From Bacilli bacterium (GTDB lineage: Bacteria > Bacillota_I > Bacilli_A > RF39 > UBA660), in contig JAFUBW010000002.1 in the NCBI GenBank assembly GCA_017459965.1, forward strand, positions 748-64,747: a stretch of DNA of 64,000 nt, read 5' to 3'. The notes beneath the pieces are model-generated. The model saw nothing but the letters and a program-made list of their open reading frames with translations. It had not been told where the DNA came from and did not search any database. Of this stretch, positions 47,643-58,624 are shown piece after piece. Positions within the stretch are counted from its first letter, which is position 1. Each line of letters starts with the position of its first letter. A program made the position numbers and the translations under genes.

Positions 47643-47769
47643 TACTTGATTTTTCAAAATAAAAGTGTTAATATCTTATTTAGCTATGTATTTTATTATA
47701 TATAGATTTAGTTGGGAGGCAAATGTCCGTTTGACCACTCACGAAAAAAATTAATAGGAGGTGTTTTTC

Positions 47770-48195
47770 GTGGCAAAAGAAATCGTTAATAAAATTAAAC
47801 TTCAAATACCAGCAGGTAGAGCAACAGCAGCTCCACCAGTAGGTACGGCATTAGGACCAGCAGGTATTCCACTTCCAGACTTTGTTAATAGATTTAATGA
47901 AGCAACAAAGGATAAAATGGGAGATATATTACCAGTTGAGGTATATGTTTATGATGATAGATCATTTGATTTCAAGGTAAAAACTCCACCAGCAGCTTTC
48001 TTAATTAAAAAGGCAGCAGGTGTAAAAAAAGCAAGTGCTAATGGAGCAAAAGAAATTAAAGGATCAATTACAAAAGCTCAAGTTAAAGAAATTGCAGAAA
48101 CTAAATTACCTGACTTAAATGCTTATGATGTTGAATCAGCAATGAAGATAATTGAAGGTACTGCACGTAACATGGGTATTGAAATTAAAGAATAA
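47770..48195 (+). CDS. rplK: 50S ribosomal protein L11
   Basis: A GTG start after AGGAGG gives MAKEIVNKIKLQIPAGRATAAPPVGTALGP. Confidence 0.95.
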   Translation: MAKEIVNKIKLQIPAGRATAAPPVGTALGPAGIPLPDFVNRFNEATKDKMGDILPVEVYVYDDRSFDFKVKTPPAAFLIKKAAGVKKASANGAKEIKGSITKAQVKEIAETKLPDLNAYDVESAMKIIEGTARNMGIEIKE

Positions 48196-48254
48196 TTTTC
48201 AGAGGTTAACTTGTGGAAGGTTAAACCGTTAAAACCACAAAGGAGGAATTTAAA

Positions 48255-48953
48255 TTGGCTAAAAAGAGTAAAAAATATATAGAAGCTTTAAACCAAATTG
48301 AAAAGGCAAAAGCTTATACAAAAGAAGACGCAGTAGAATTAGTAAAAAAAGTTAGTACATCTAAATTTGATGGATCAGTTGAAGTTGCTATTAAGTTAAA
48401 TCTTGATACAAGAAAAGCAGATCAACAATTAAGAGGTGCTATTGTACTTCCTAATGGAACAGGTAAAACTAAGAGAGTATTAGTTTTATCAAAAACTAAT
48501 CAAGCAGAAGTTGCAAGAGAAGCAGGTGCTGATTTTGTAGGTGATGTTGATTTAGTAGAAAAAATAGAAAAAGAAAACTGGCTTGATTTTGATGTAATTA
48601 TTGCTACACCAGAAATGATGCCACTTTTAGGTAAATTAGGTAAAGTTTTAGGACCAAGAGGTTTAATGCCAAACCCTAAAACAGGAACAGTTACTACTGA
48701 TGTTAAAAAAGCAATCGATGATATTAAAAAAGGTAGAGTAGAATATAGAACAGATTCATATGGTAATGTTCATTCTATTATTGGTAAAGTATCATTTGAT
48801 TCTAAAAAATTACTTGAAAACTTAGATGCATTTGTAGATGTAATAATTAAATCTAAACCAGCTGCAGCTAAGGGTCAATACATTAAAAATATATCTATCG
48901 CACCTACAATGGGTCCAGGTATAAAAATTGATGTAACAAGTTTTGACAAATAA
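48255..48953 (+). CDS. rplA: 50S ribosomal protein L1
   Basis: A TTG start 8 nt after AGGAGG. MAKKSKKY...DQQLRG...LPNGTGK...[15 protein letters not shown] is present. Confidence 0.95.
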   Translation: MAKKSKKYIEALNQIEKAKAYTKEDAVELVKKVSTSKFDGSVEVAIKLNLDTRKADQQLRGAIVLPNGTGKTKRVLVLSKTNQAEVAREAGADFVGDVDLVEKIEKENWLDFDVIIATPEMMPLLGKLGKVLGPRGLMPNPKTGTVTTDVKKAIDDIKKGRVEYRTDSYGNVHSIIGKVSFDSKKLLENLDAFVDVIIKSKPAAAKGQYIKNISIAPTMGPGIKIDVTSFDK

Positions 48954-48976
48954 AAATAATATGATATAATAATGTT

Positions 48977-49118
48977 ATCCAAAAAGTTTGATGTACCGAA
49001 GACAGTAAGTGCTATAAGCTTAATATCTTACCGAGGGACAAATCTTAAATAGTTTATTTAAGTCTTTGTACCCTTTGTACAGAGACTTTTTTGATATAAA
49101 TTTGATAGGAGGATGAAA
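48977..49118 (+). promoter_or_regulatory. Ribosomal protein L10 leader (autoregulatory attenuator), with promoter TGATATAAT at 48962-48970
   Basis: A long 5' leader carries the paired segments ACCGAAGACAGTAAG / CTTACCGAGGGACA. A terminator follows at 49061-49092 (AGTCTTTGTAC/GTACAGAGACT, T6) just before the rplJ SD. This is the layout of the Firmicute L10 leader. Confidence 0.6.
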
Positions 49119-49613
49119 ATGGCAAATCAAAAAATAATTGAAGCAAAATCACAAATAGTTGATGAAATTGCAGATGTAGCAAAAAATAATGCTTCATTCA
49201 TTCTATTTGATTATCGTGGTCTTACTGCTGAAGAAACTTCTGAACTTAGAAAAGCATTAAGAGAAAATGATGCTAAGTATAAAGTTTGGAAAAACACTTT
49301 AACAAAAAGAGCAATGGATAGTCTAAATTTTGATCTTGACAGCTGCCTTGAAGGTCCAAGTGCAATTGCATTTTCTACAGATGCTGTCGCACCAATCAAA
49401 GCATTAAGTACTTTTGCTAAAGATCATCCAGCTTTAGAAATTAAAGGTGGAATAGTTGATGGAAAAGTAACAAGCTTAGATGAAATTAAAGCTTTATCAA
49501 CAATACCATCAAGAGAAGGATTACTTACAATGCTTGCTGGTGGCTTAATTGGTACAGTAAGAGATCTATCAATCGCTTTAAATTTATATAGCGAACAAAA
49601 AGAAGAAAATTAA
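49119..49613 (+). CDS. rplJ: 50S ribosomal protein L10
   Basis: ATG 49119 lies 6 nt after AGGAGG, whereas the tracked ATG 49113 abuts the SD. The L10 pattern FDYRGLT..E...LR is present. Confidence 0.93.
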   Translation: MANQKIIEAKSQIVDEIADVAKNNASFILFDYRGLTAEETSELRKALRENDAKYKVWKNTLTKRAMDSLNFDLDSCLEGPSAIAFSTDAVAPIKALSTFAKDHPALEIKGGIVDGKVTSLDEIKALSTIPSREGLLTMLAGGLIGTVRDLSIALNLYSEQKEEN

Positions 49614-49638
49614 TTTAGAAAATAGGAGGAAAAAGAAA

Positions 49639-50007
49639 ATGGCTAAAATAACAAGAGAAGATTTTATTGCTTCATTAAAAGAAATGACTTTATTAGAAAT
49701 TAAAGATTTAGTAGACGCTATGAAAGAAGAATTTGGTGTAGATCCAAGTGCTGTTGCAGTTGCTGCTGCTCCAGCTGCTGGTGCTGCTGAAGAAGGACCA
49801 AGCGAAGTTACAGTTACATTAACAAGTGCTGGTGCTACTAAAATACCTGTAATCAAAGTAATTAGAGATATCACTGGTTTAGGATTAAAAGAAGCTAAAG
49901 ATATCGCTGATAACGGTGGTGCAGTAAAAGAAAAAATTTCTAAAGAAGAAGCAGAAGAAATCAAAGCTAAATTAGAAGAAGCTGGAGCTTCTGTAGAAAT
50001 AGCTTAA
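49639..50007 (+). CDS. rplL: 50S ribosomal protein L7/L12
   Basis: Ala/Pro hinge [11 protein letters not shown] and the C-terminal domain [21 protein letters not shown]. Confidence 0.96.
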   Translation: MAKITREDFIASLKEMTLLEIKDLVDAMKEEFGVDPSAVAVAAAPAAGAAEEGPSEVTVTLTSAGATKIPVIKVIRDITGLGLKEAKDIADNGGAVKEKISKEEAEEIKAKLEEAGASVEIA

Positions 50008-50010
50008 ATT

Positions 50011-50038
50011 AAAAGACTTTATTAAAAGTCTTTTTTTT
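50011..50038 (+). terminator. rplL terminator
   Basis: AAAAGACTT/AAGTCTTTT stem followed by a T8 run. Confidence 0.7.
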
Positions 50039-50062
50039 GTTATTATATATTTGGTGATATTT

Positions 50063-50659
50063 ATGAATCAGTATTTTGAAAATAATAAAGAATTAAAAAG
50101 TGAAATTAATAAGATAAATACTAAAGTAAAGGATACTAATTTTATATTTTATACAGATAATGGTGTATTTAATAAAAAAGGTTTAGATTATGGCACTAAA
50201 TTACTTTTAGAAAATATAGATTTAAATAATAAGAATACATTTTTAGATGTAGGTTGTGGATGTGGTCCAATTGGTATCTATATAGGACTTTTAAATAATA
50301 ATTATACTGTGGATATGATAGATATTAATGAAAGAGCTATTCATTTGTGTAATATGTCTAAAAAAGAAAATAAATTATCTAATATTAATATATTTAAAAG
50401 TGATATATATGAAAATGTTAATAATAAATATGATTGTGTTATTACTAATCCACCAATACATGCAGGTAAAAAGAAAGTATATGAAATAATAGAACATGCA
50501 AAAGAATATTTAAATAAAAATGGAGAAATTTGGATAGTAATTAGAAAAGATCAAGGTGCCAAAGCATTAATGAATGATTTTAAAGATATATATAATTTTG
50601 AAATAATAAAAAAAGATAAGGGCTTTTATATTATAAAAGGTTTGACTACTAATAATTAA
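50063..50659 (+). CDS. Class I SAM-dependent rRNA methyltransferase, YbxB/RsmC-small-domain type
   Basis: LDVGCGCGPIG and ITNPPIHAGK motifs. The position between rplL and rpoB matches Bacillus ybxB. Confidence 0.8.
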   Translation: MNQYFENNKELKSEINKINTKVKDTNFIFYTDNGVFNKKGLDYGTKLLLENIDLNNKNTFLDVGCGCGPIGIYIGLLNNNYTVDMIDINERAIHLCNMSKKENKLSNINIFKSDIYENVNNKYDCVITNPPIHAGKKKVYEIIEHAKEYLNKNGEIWIVIRKDQGAKALMNDFKDIYNFEIIKKDKGFYIIKGLTTNN

Positions 50660-50670
50660 AATGATATAAT
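50642..50670 (+). promoter_or_regulatory. Consensus promoter for the 84-aa ORF
   Basis: TTGACT, 17-nt spacer, TATAAT with a TG extension. It is located inside the 3' end of the methyltransferase gene. Confidence 0.6.
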
Positions 50671-50695
50671 AAAGCACATTTAGTGGGGTGAAATT

Positions 50696-50950
50696 ATGTA
50701 TAAACATCATGATTTAATAAGTATATATGCTAGTAATAAAATAGAAGCAAGAAATAAAACAACAGACTTTTTACAATGTTATAAAAAAGAAAAAATAAGA
50801 ATAATCGCAGTAGAAGGAATTAATAACCATTATGAAGTAGAGGTACAATACTTTGATAATTACAAAGAATGTGGTGTCTTTAGTTCTGATGTTTTTGTTG
50901 ATATTGAGCCTCAAAAATCTTTATTATTAGAAAATGAAAAACATTTTTAA
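50696..50950 (+). CDS. Hypothetical protein (84 aa), no family recognised
   Basis: Strong SD (GGGGTGA), its own consensus promoter and its own terminator. Confidence 0.55.
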   Translation: MYKHHDLISIYASNKIEARNKTTDFLQCYKKEKIRIIAVEGINNHYEVEVQYFDNYKECGVFSSDVFVDIEPQKSLLLENEKHF

Positions 50951-50961
50951 AATGTTTTTTT
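50938..50961 (+). terminator. Terminator of the 84-aa ORF
   Basis: AAAACATTT/AAATGTTTT stem over the stop codon followed by a T-run. Confidence 0.6.
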
Positions 50962-51093
50962 ATTTTTTAAAATTTATTTTATAAAATCCATTGACTTTTA
51001 TTAAATATTCTGATAACATTTTAAATTGGTACTATGTTTCTTTTTTAGCCTGGAAACATGTTCTTTGAATATTATTGTTAGGGGTGAAGATGC

Positions 51094-54000
51094 GTGGCTT
51101 ATAAAATCAAAAAAGTATGTAAGGATCGTGAAAGAAGAGAGTTTTCAAAAATTGAAAATTCATTGGAATTAAAAGACTTATTAGAGATCCAAAAGGCATC
51201 ATATCAGGATTTCATTCAAAATGGGATTCGTGAAGTGTTAGATGAATTATTTCCAGTAGATAATTTTTCTGGTTCATTATCTTTAGAGATTGGAGATTAT
51301 TCATTTGACGAACCTAGATTAACTATAAAAGAGTGTAAAGAAAGAAAATCAACTTATGCTGCTCCTTTAAAAGTTCAAGCTAGATTATTTAATAATGAAA
51401 CTGGTGAAGTTAAAGAACAAGAATTATTCTTTGGAGATATGCCTTTAATGACTGAAAGTGGGACTTTCATTATTAATGGTGCTGAAAGAGTTATTGTTTC
51501 TCAACTTGTTAGATCACCTAGTGCTTATTATGGTATGGAGATGGACAAAAATGGTAGAAATATATTTACATCTCAAATAATACCAAATAGAGGTACATGG
51601 CTTGAATATAAACTAAATAGTAAAGATGGAATTGATGTAAGAATCGACAGAAATAGAAAAGTAACTGCCGCTACTTTCTTACGCGCTTTTGGACTATCTA
51701 GTAATGAAGATATTATTGATCTTTATGGTGAAGATGAATATCTATTAAATACAATTGAAAAAGATTCAACAACAAATACTGATGAAGCATTAATAGAAAT
51801 ATATGAAAAATTAAAACCAGGTGAACCTGCCACTATAGATAGTGCAAAAAACCATATTATAACTAGATTCTTTGATGCATTTAGATATGATTTATCTAAA
51901 GTAGGTAGATACAAATATAATAAAAAATTAAATGTTTGTGATAGATTATTTGGACAAACACTTGCAGAAGATATAACTTCTGGTAAAAAGGTATTATTTA
52001 AAAAAGGTACAGTTATAACTAGAGAAGTATTAAATGAATTAAAACCTTTACTTAAAGATGGTTTAAATGTAAAAGAAGTTAAGATTAATACTGACTTAGA
52101 TACTTACAATAAAGTACAAATAGTAAAAGTATATGCACCTAATAATCAAGATAAGATTATTAATATAATTGGTATAGATCCTTCAATAGATGAAAAGAGA
52201 TTAACTATATCTGATATATATGCATCTATTTCATATTATTTAAATCTTATGCAAGGTATTGGTAGTATAGATGAAATAGACCATTTATCAAATAGACGTG
52301 TTAAACAGGTTGGAGAACTTATTCAAAATCAATTTAGAATTGGTGTAACACGTATGGAAAAAGTAATTAGAGAAAGAATGACTACATTAGAAGAAGCAGA
52401 AGCAACTCCAAAATCTTTAATTAATATAAGACCAATTACAGCTGTTATTAAAGAATTCTTTGGATCATCACAACTTTCTCAATTCATGGACCAAATTAAT
52501 CCAATTTCAGAACTTACTAATAAAAGACGTTTATCAGCTTTAGGACCAGGTGGTCTTTCTAGAGATAGAGCTGCTATGGAAGTTCGTGACGTTAATGAAT
52601 CTCACTATGGTAGAATTTGTCCTATTGAATCACCAGAAGGTGCTAACATAGGTTTAATCACATCACTTGCATCTTATGCAAAAATAAATGAATATGGATT
52701 TATAATGACTCCATATAGAAAAGTAGAAAATGGTGTATTACAAGATCAAATAGACTATTTAACAGCAGATGAAGAACTTGATTATGTTATTTCACAAGCT
52801 GCTGTTGAAATGGATGGTAATAAAATAGTAGCTCCTGAAGTTACAGCAAGATTTAGAAGTGAAACAATACTTGCTAAACCAGAAGAAGTTAACTATATAG
52901 ATGTATCTCCACAACAAATTATATCTGTAACAGCATCTTGTATTCCTTTCCTTGACCATGATATGGCACACCGTGCCTTAATGGGATCAAACATGCAAAG
53001 ACAAGCACTTCCTTTATTAAAGGCAGAAGCTCCATTTGTAGGTACAGGTGTTGAATATATGACTGCAAGAGATTCAGGTGCAACTGTTGTTGCAAAAGCA
53101 GATGGTGTAGTTGAATATGCAGATGGTAAAAAAATAATAGTTAAAACAAAAGGTGGACAAGATGTTTATACACTTATGAACTTTGAAGGAAGTAATGGTG
53201 GAACATGTTATCATCAAAAACCTATTGTTAAGGCTGGAGATAAAGTTAAAAGAAATATGATAATCGCAGATGGACCTTCTACTGATAAAGGTGAACTTGC
53301 TCTTGGTAAAAACTTAACTGTCGCATTCATGACATTTGAAGGTTATAACTATGAAGATGCGGTTATATTAAATGAAAGATTAGTAAAAGATGATGTATTT
53401 ACATCAGTACATATAGAAAGTTATTCAATCCAATGTAGAGATACAAAACTTGGACCTGAAGAAATAACTAGAGATATTCCAAATATAAGCGAAGATGCTA
53501 GAAAGAATCTAGATGCTGATGGTATTGTAAGAATTGGTACAGAAGTAAAAGAAAATGATATTTTAGTTGGTAAAGTAACACCTAAAGGTATGGTTGAACT
53601 TACTGCTGAAGAAAAATTATTACATGCTATATTTGGTGAAAAAACAAGAGAAGTTCGTGACACATCTCTACGTGTTCCACATGGTGGAGATGGTATTGTT
53701 CATGATATTAAAGTATACACTAAGAAAGATAATGATGAACTTGCATCTGGTGTATCTAAAGAAATAAGAGTATATATAGCTCAAAAGAGAAAAATACAAG
53801 TTGGAGATAAAGTTGCTGGTAGACACGGTAATAAAGGTGTTGTATCACTTGTACTTCCACAAGAAGATATGCCATTTATGCCAGATGGTACTCCAGTAGA
53901 TATAGTACTTAATCCACTAGGTGTTCCATCTCGTATGAACCTAGGACAAGTACTTGAACTTCATTTAGGTATGGCAGCTAAAACACTTGGTGTTTATTGC

Positions 54001-54675
54001 TCTACTCCAGTATTTGATGGAGCTTCTATGCAAGATATCGCGGATATGATGAAAGAAGCAGGATTAGATGCTGATGGTAAAACAGTTCTATATGATGGTA
54101 GAACAGGTCTTCCATTTGATAACAGAGTATCTGTTGGTGTTATGTATATGATTAAACTAGATCACATGGTAGATGATAAACTTCATGCAAGAGCAACTGG
54201 TCCATATTCACTTGTTACACAACAACCACTTGGTGGTAAAGCTCAAATGGGTGGACAAAGATTTGGAGAAATGGAAGTTTGGGCACTAGAAGCTTATGGT
54301 GCATCTAATATCTTACAAGAAATTATGACATTTAAATCAGATGATGTTATAGGAAGAGTTAAAGCATATGAGGCTATAGTTAAAGGACAAAAGGTTGAAG
54401 CAGCTGGAGTTCCAGAAAGTTTCAGAGTTTTAGTTAAAGAGCTTCAAGCTTTAGGTTTAGATTTATCATTTGTTGAAGAAGATGGTAAGTTAGTAGGTAT
54501 AACTGAACTTGAAAATGAAGATGAAGATGCTGCTACTTCAATTGATGAAATAGAAATAAAAGATGTTAAAAAAGAATCAGTTGAAGATTTAATACAAAAC
54601 GAAGAAGAAAATGAAGAAGAATACCAAGATATAAATGAACTCGATGAAGAAAAAGAAATTGGGGGTGAAGAATAA
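51094..54675 (+). CDS. rpoB: DNA-directed RNA polymerase beta subunit
   Basis: GTG start after GGGGTGAAG. The conserved blocks [20 protein letters not shown] and [11 protein letters not shown] are present, followed by an acidic C-terminal tail. Confidence 0.97.
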   Translation: MAYKIKKVCKDRERREFSKIENSLELKDLLEIQKASYQDFIQNGIREVLDELFPVDNFSGSLSLEIGDYSFDEPRLTIKECKERKSTYAAPLKVQARLFNNETGEVKEQELFFGDMPLMTESGTFIINGAERVIVSQLVRSPSAYYGMEMDKNGRNIFTSQIIPNRGTWLEYKLNSKDGIDVRIDRNRKVTAATFLRAFGLSSNEDIIDLYGEDEYLLNTIEKDSTTNTDEALIEIYEKLKPGEPATIDSAKNHIITRFFDAFRYDLSKVGRYKYNKKLNVCDRLFGQTLAEDITSGKKVLFKKGTVITREVLNELKPLLKDGLNVKEVKINTDLDTYNKVQIVKVYAPNNQDKIINIIGIDPSIDEKRLTISDIYASISYYLNLMQGIGSIDEIDHLSNRRVKQVGELIQNQFRIGVTRMEKVIRERMTTLEEAEATPKSLINIRPITAVIKEFFGSSQLSQFMDQINPISELTNKRRLSALGPGGLSRDRAAMEVRDVNESHYGRICPIESPEGANIGLITSLASYAKINEYGFIMTPYRKVENGVLQDQIDYLTADEELDYVISQAAVEMDGNKIVAPEVTARFRSETILAKPEEVNYIDVSPQQIISVTASCIPFLDHDMAHRALMGSNMQRQALPLLKAEAPFVGTGVEYMTARDSGATVVAKADGVVEYADGKKIIVKTKGGQDVYTLMNFEGSNGGTCYHQKPIVKAGDKVKRNMIIADGPSTDKGELALGKNLTVAFMTFEGYNYEDAVILNERLVKDDVFTSVHIESYSIQCRDTKLGPEEITRDIPNISEDARKNLDADGIVRIGTEVKENDILVGKVTPKGMVELTAEEKLLHAIFGEKTREVRDTSLRVPHGGDGIVHDIKVYTKKDNDELASGVSKEIRVYIAQKRKIQVGDKVAGRHGNKGVVSLVLPQEDMPFMPDGTPVDIVLNPLGVPSRMNLGQVLELHLGMAAKTLGVYCSTPVFDGASMQDIADMMKEAGLDADGKTVLYDGRTGLPFDNRVSVGVMYMIKLDHMVDDKLHARATGPYSLVTQQPLGGKAQMGGQRFGEMEVWALEAYGASNILQEIMTFKSDDVIGRVKAYEAIVKGQKVEAAGVPESFRVLVKELQALGLDLSFVEEDGKLVGITELENEDEDAATSIDEIEIKDVKKESVEDLIQNEEENEEEYQDINELDEEKEIGGEE

Positions 54676-54676
54676 T

Positions 54677-57600
54677 ATGGATATTAGTAGATTTGAAGGA
54701 TTAAAAATATCTATCGCATCTCCTGAAAAAATTCGTGAATGGTCTTATGGTGAGGTTAAAAAACCAGAAACAATTAACTATCGTACTTTAAAACCAGAAA
54801 GAGATGGATTATTCTGTGAAAAAATATTTGGACCAACTAAAGACTATGAATGTTCATGCGGTAAATATAAAAGATTAAGATATAAAGATATTATTTGTGA
54901 TAGATGTGGTGTTGAAGTAACTAAATCTAAAGTCAGAAGAGAAAGAATGGGTCATATTGAACTAGCAACACCAGTATCACATATATGGTTCTTTAAAGGT
55001 GTACCATCTAGAATGGGACTTGTTTTAGATATGTCACCAAGAGATTTAGAAGAAGTATTATACTTTGTAAGTTATGTAGTTATTAACCCAGGTGCAGCAC
55101 CTCTTGAAAAGAAACAAACATTATCAGATAAGGAATATAGAATATATTATGAAAAATATGGTAATGATTTTGAAGTAGGTATGGGTGCAGAAGCTATAAA
55201 AAAATTATTACAAGAAGTAGATATTCAAGAAGAAATAAATAAAATACAAGAAGAATTAAAAGATGCTCAAGAACAAAAAAGAACAAGACTTCTTAAGAGA
55301 CTTGAAATACTTGATGCATTTAATGAATCAGGTAATAGACCAGAATGGATGATATTAGATTGTATTCCAGTAATACCTCCAGAACTAAGACCTATGATTC
55401 AACTTGATGGTGGAAGATTTGCTACAAGTGATTTAAATGATTTATATAGAAGAGTTATTAATAGAAATAATCGTCTTAAAAAATTATTAGAACTTGGCGC
55501 ACCATCAATAATAGTTCAAAATGAAAAACGTATGCTTCAAGAAGCAGTAGATGCATTATTTGATAATGGACGTAGAGGAAGAAATGTTACTGGTCCATCA
55601 AATAGGGCACTTAAATCTTTAAGTTCTATGCTTAAAGGTAAACAAGGTAGATTTAGACAAAACTTACTTGGTAAACGTGTTGACTATTCAGGACGTTCAG
55701 TTATCGTTGTTGGTCCATCACTTAAGATGTATCAATGTGGTATACCAAAAGAAATGGCACTTGAATTATTTAAACCACATGTTATTAGAGGACTTGTAGA
55801 AAAAGAAATAGTTCACAATATTAAATCTGCTAAAAAGATGATTGAAAATCAAGATGATAGAGTATGGGATATAGTTGAAGAAGTAATTAAAGAACATCCA
55901 GTTTTATTAAACCGTGCTCCTACTTTACATAGACTTGGTATTCAAGCATTTGAACCTAAATTAATAGATGGTAAGGCTATTAGACTTCATCCACTTGTAT
56001 GTTCTGCATTTAACGCTGACTTCGATGGAGACCAAATGGCTGTACATGTACCACTTTCTGAAGAAGCAAAAGCTGAAGCAAGAATATTAATGCTTGGTTC
56101 AAATAATATCTTAAAACCATCTGATGGAAAACCAATAGTTACACCATCACAAGATATGGTTTTAGGTAATTACTATTTAACAATGGAAAAAGTAACAGAT
56201 GATGAAGGAAGAGTATTTAAAAGTCCAGATGAAGCTTTAATGGCTTATGATAGAGGCGAAATAGATCTTCATACAAGAATTGTTATTCCTGTTAAATCAT
56301 TTAAACATAAAATATTCTTAGATTCACAAAAAGATAAATATTTAATAACTACAGTAGGTAAAATTAAATTAAATGAAGTACTTCCTGATGCTTATCAATA
56401 TATAAATGATGGATCTAAAGATAATATTAATAAAGCAACACCTAAAAAATATTTTGCTGAAAAAGGTACTAATTTTAAAGAATTCTTAAAAGATTTACCA
56501 CTTTCAGATCCAATTGATAAAGGTGGATTAAAAAATATAATTGCTCAAGTATTTAAGAGATATAAAACTAATGAAACTTCTATAATGCTTGATAAATTAA
56601 AAGACTTAGGATTTAAATATTCTACACTTTCTGGTATTACTATGAGTGCTTTTGATATAGTAACATCAAATAAGAAAGAACAAGTAATACAAGAAGGTAA
56701 AAAGAAAGTTGATCAAATTGGTAAACAATATAAACGTGGTTTAATTACTGAAAGAGAAAGATATGAAAAAGTTCTAGAAGTATGGAATAATGCTAATGAT
56801 GAAATAGTTGAAGAACTTACTAAAATATCTAAAGAAGATAAAGAAAACCCAATATTTATAATGATGGAATCAGGTGCTCGTGGTAGTATCGAACAATTTA
56901 GACAACTTGCAGGTATGATTGGTTTAGTTGCAAGACCAAATGGTCAAACAGTTGAAATACCTGTTATATCAAACTTTACTGAAGGACTTTCAGTATCTGA
57001 ATACTTCTCATCTACACATGGTTCAAGAAAAGGTAATGTTGATACTGCCTTAAAGACAGCTAACTCTGGTTACCTAACAAGAAGACTTGTAGATGTAGTT
57101 CAAGATGTAATAGTTAAAGAACATGATTGTGGAACTATTCAAGGTGTACTTGTAGAAGCATTTATAAATGAGAAAGATGGAAGTGTAATTGAATCATTAT
57201 CAGAAAGAATAACTGGTAGATATACTTCTAAGAAAGTAATTAATCCAGAAACAAAAGAAGTAATCGCAGAAAAAGATACTTATATTACAGAACAAATTGC
57301 AGATAAGATAGAAAAAGCTGGAATTAAAGCTGTTGAAATAAGAACAACACTTACATGTAAAACTGAAAATGGTGTATGTCAAATGTGTTATGGTAGAAAC
57401 CTTGCTACTAGTAATGTTGCAGAAGTTGGTGAAGCAGTTGGTATTATGGCTGCACAATCAATTGGTGAACCTGGTACACAGCTTACAATGCGTACATTCC
57501 ATACCGGTGGTGTTGCATCTGGTTCTGATATTACTCAAGGTCTTCCAAGAGTTGAAGAATTATTTGAAGCTAGAAATCCAAAAGTTAAATCTACTGTTGC

Positions 57601-58300
57601 AGAAATTGCAGGTAAGATTACTAATATAGAAAACCAAAATGGTAAATTTAAAATATCAATTACTAATGATAAAGAAACTAGAGAACAAACTACTAACTAT
57701 GGTGTTAAACTAAGAGTTGAAGTAGGAGATGAAGTTAAACCTGGTGATAGATTAAATGAAGGTGCTGTAAATCCAAAAGAATTACTAGCAGTTACTGATC
57801 CTATCACAGTTCAAAACTATATAGTACAAGAAGTACAAAAAGTTTATCGTTCTCAAGGTGTTGATATAGCTGATAAACATATTGAGATAATTGTTAGAAA
57901 AATGATTAATAGAATGAGAATTACTGATGCAGGAGATACTAATTTATTAGTAGGTAAAGTAGTTTCAATGCATAAATTTAGAGATGAAAATAAGAAGGTT
58001 ATCTTACTAGGTAAGAAACCTGCTACGGCAAGACCATTAATGCTTGGTATTACAAAAGCATCTCTAGAAACAGATTCATTCTTATCAGCAGCTTCTTTCC
58101 AAGAAACTACTAGAATATTAACTGATGCCGCTATTAAAGGTAAAACAGATAAACTAGAAGGATTAAAGGAAAATGTTATTATTGGTAAGAAAATACCAGC
58201 TGGTACTGGTGTAAGAAAGTATTCAAATGCTAAATTTACTTTAGAAAAAGAATATTTTGATTCAGAACCACTTGATGTATTAGAAGACGAATTATTATAA
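54677..58300 (+). CDS. rpoC: DNA-directed RNA polymerase beta-prime subunit
   Basis: ATG 54677 follows GGGGTGAAG. The zinc finger CxC..CxxC, the catalytic [12 protein letters not shown] and the trigger-loop region are present. The tracked start at 54635 lies inside rpoB. Confidence 0.97.
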   Translation: MDISRFEGLKISIASPEKIREWSYGEVKKPETINYRTLKPERDGLFCEKIFGPTKDYECSCGKYKRLRYKDIICDRCGVEVTKSKVRRERMGHIELATPVSHIWFFKGVPSRMGLVLDMSPRDLEEVLYFVSYVVINPGAAPLEKKQTLSDKEYRIYYEKYGNDFEVGMGAEAIKKLLQEVDIQEEINKIQEELKDAQEQKRTRLLKRLEILDAFNESGNRPEWMILDCIPVIPPELRPMIQLDGGRFATSDLNDLYRRVINRNNRLKKLLELGAPSIIVQNEKRMLQEAVDALFDNGRRGRNVTGPSNRALKSLSSMLKGKQGRFRQNLLGKRVDYSGRSVIVVGPSLKMYQCGIPKEMALELFKPHVIRGLVEKEIVHNIKSAKKMIENQDDRVWDIVEEVIKEHPVLLNRAPTLHRLGIQAFEPKLIDGKAIRLHPLVCSAFNADFDGDQMAVHVPLSEEAKAEARILMLGSNNILKPSDGKPIVTPSQDMVLGNYYLTMEKVTDDEGRVFKSPDEALMAYDRGEIDLHTRIVIPVKSFKHKIFLDSQKDKYLITTVGKIKLNEVLPDAYQYINDGSKDNINKATPKKYFAEKGTNFKEFLKDLPLSDPIDKGGLKNIIAQVFKRYKTNETSIMLDKLKDLGFKYSTLSGITMSAFDIVTSNKKEQVIQEGKKKVDQIGKQYKRGLITERERYEKVLEVWNNANDEIVEELTKISKEDKENPIFIMMESGARGSIEQFRQLAGMIGLVARPNGQTVEIPVISNFTEGLSVSEYFSSTHGSRKGNVDTALKTANSGYLTRRLVDVVQDVIVKEHDCGTIQGVLVEAFINEKDGSVIESLSERITGRYTSKKVINPETKEVIAEKDTYITEQIADKIEKAGIKAVEIRTTLTCKTENGVCQMCYGRNLATSNVAEVGEAVGIMAAQSIGEPGTQLTMRTFHTGGVASGSDITQGLPRVEELFEARNPKVKSTVAEIAGKITNIENQNGKFKISITNDKETREQTTNYGVKLRVEVGDEVKPGDRLNEGAVNPKELLAVTDPITVQNYIVQEVQKVYRSQGVDIADKHIEIIVRKMINRMRITDAGDTNLLVGKVVSMHKFRDENKKVILLGKKPATARPLMLGITKASLETDSFLSAASFQETTRILTDAAIKGKTDKLEGLKENVIIGKKIPAGTGVRKYSNAKFTLEKEYFDSEPLDVLEDELL

Positions 58301-58377
58301 AATAATTCGTTTTTTTAATTAAAACAAATATTTTTATAGTTAATGGAAATAATATTTTAAAGAAAAAGCAAAAAATC

Positions 58378-58406
58378 TTGATTTTAATTATCTGATATTG
58401 TAAAAT
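58378..58406 (+). promoter_or_regulatory. Promoter A (orphan) downstream of rpoC
   Basis: TTGATT, 17-nt spacer, TAAAAT. The spacer and downstream bases are near-identical to promoter B at 58552. Confidence 0.45.
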
Positions 58407-58412
58407 TGAAAT

Positions 58413-58481
58413 GTATAAATCTTTAGGTGCAAATTGTAAGTAATATAAGTACTTTTCTTAAAAATGAAAAGTGCTTTTTTA
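58413..58481 (+). ncRNA. Candidate ~70-nt small transcript (promoter A to terminator)
   Basis: It is bounded by promoter A and the terminator hairpin AAGTACTTTTC/GAAAAGTGCTT + T6 (58448-58481). There is no SD-led ORF inside. The same hairpin may simply be the rpoC terminator. Confidence 0.3.
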
Positions 58482-58551
58482 TTCTTTAAATAAATACATA
58501 TATATACAAAAAATGTCAATAATATTTATGAATATATTTTTTATAAAATCA

Positions 58552-58580
58552 TTGACTTAAAATGTCGAATATTGTAAAAT
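58552..58580 (+). promoter_or_regulatory. Promoter B of the large surface-protein gene
   Basis: TTGACT, 17-nt spacer, TAAAAT. Confidence 0.55.
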
Positions 58581-58624
58581 TATAATGTATGATAATAGAA
58601 TGGGGAAAATAGGTGGTGATGAAT

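Noticed and set aside
49584-49964. 126-aa minus-strand ORF antisense to rplL
   Set aside because: It is the mirror image of the Ala/Glu-rich L7/L12 coding sequence. It has no SD, and the sense strand encodes an unmistakable ribosomal protein.
51034-51059. ATGTTTC-N12-GAAACAT inverted repeat in the rpoB leader, which looks like split parS half-sites
   Set aside because: The CAC|GTG centre is missing and the halves are 12 nt apart, so ParB binding is not expected. It is better explained as an ordinary 7-bp leader hairpin.
54635-54676. Tracked upstream starts for rpoC and similar extensions for mnmG (8206), gpsA (9245), holB (28151), rsmI (31038), TetR (38549), rsmA (40805), rplK (47761), rplJ (49113) and the methyltransferase (50051)
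   Set aside because: In each case an internal ATG or GTG a few codons downstream has a proper SD at the right spacing and gives the conserved family N-terminus. The longer forms overlap upstream genes or abut the SD.
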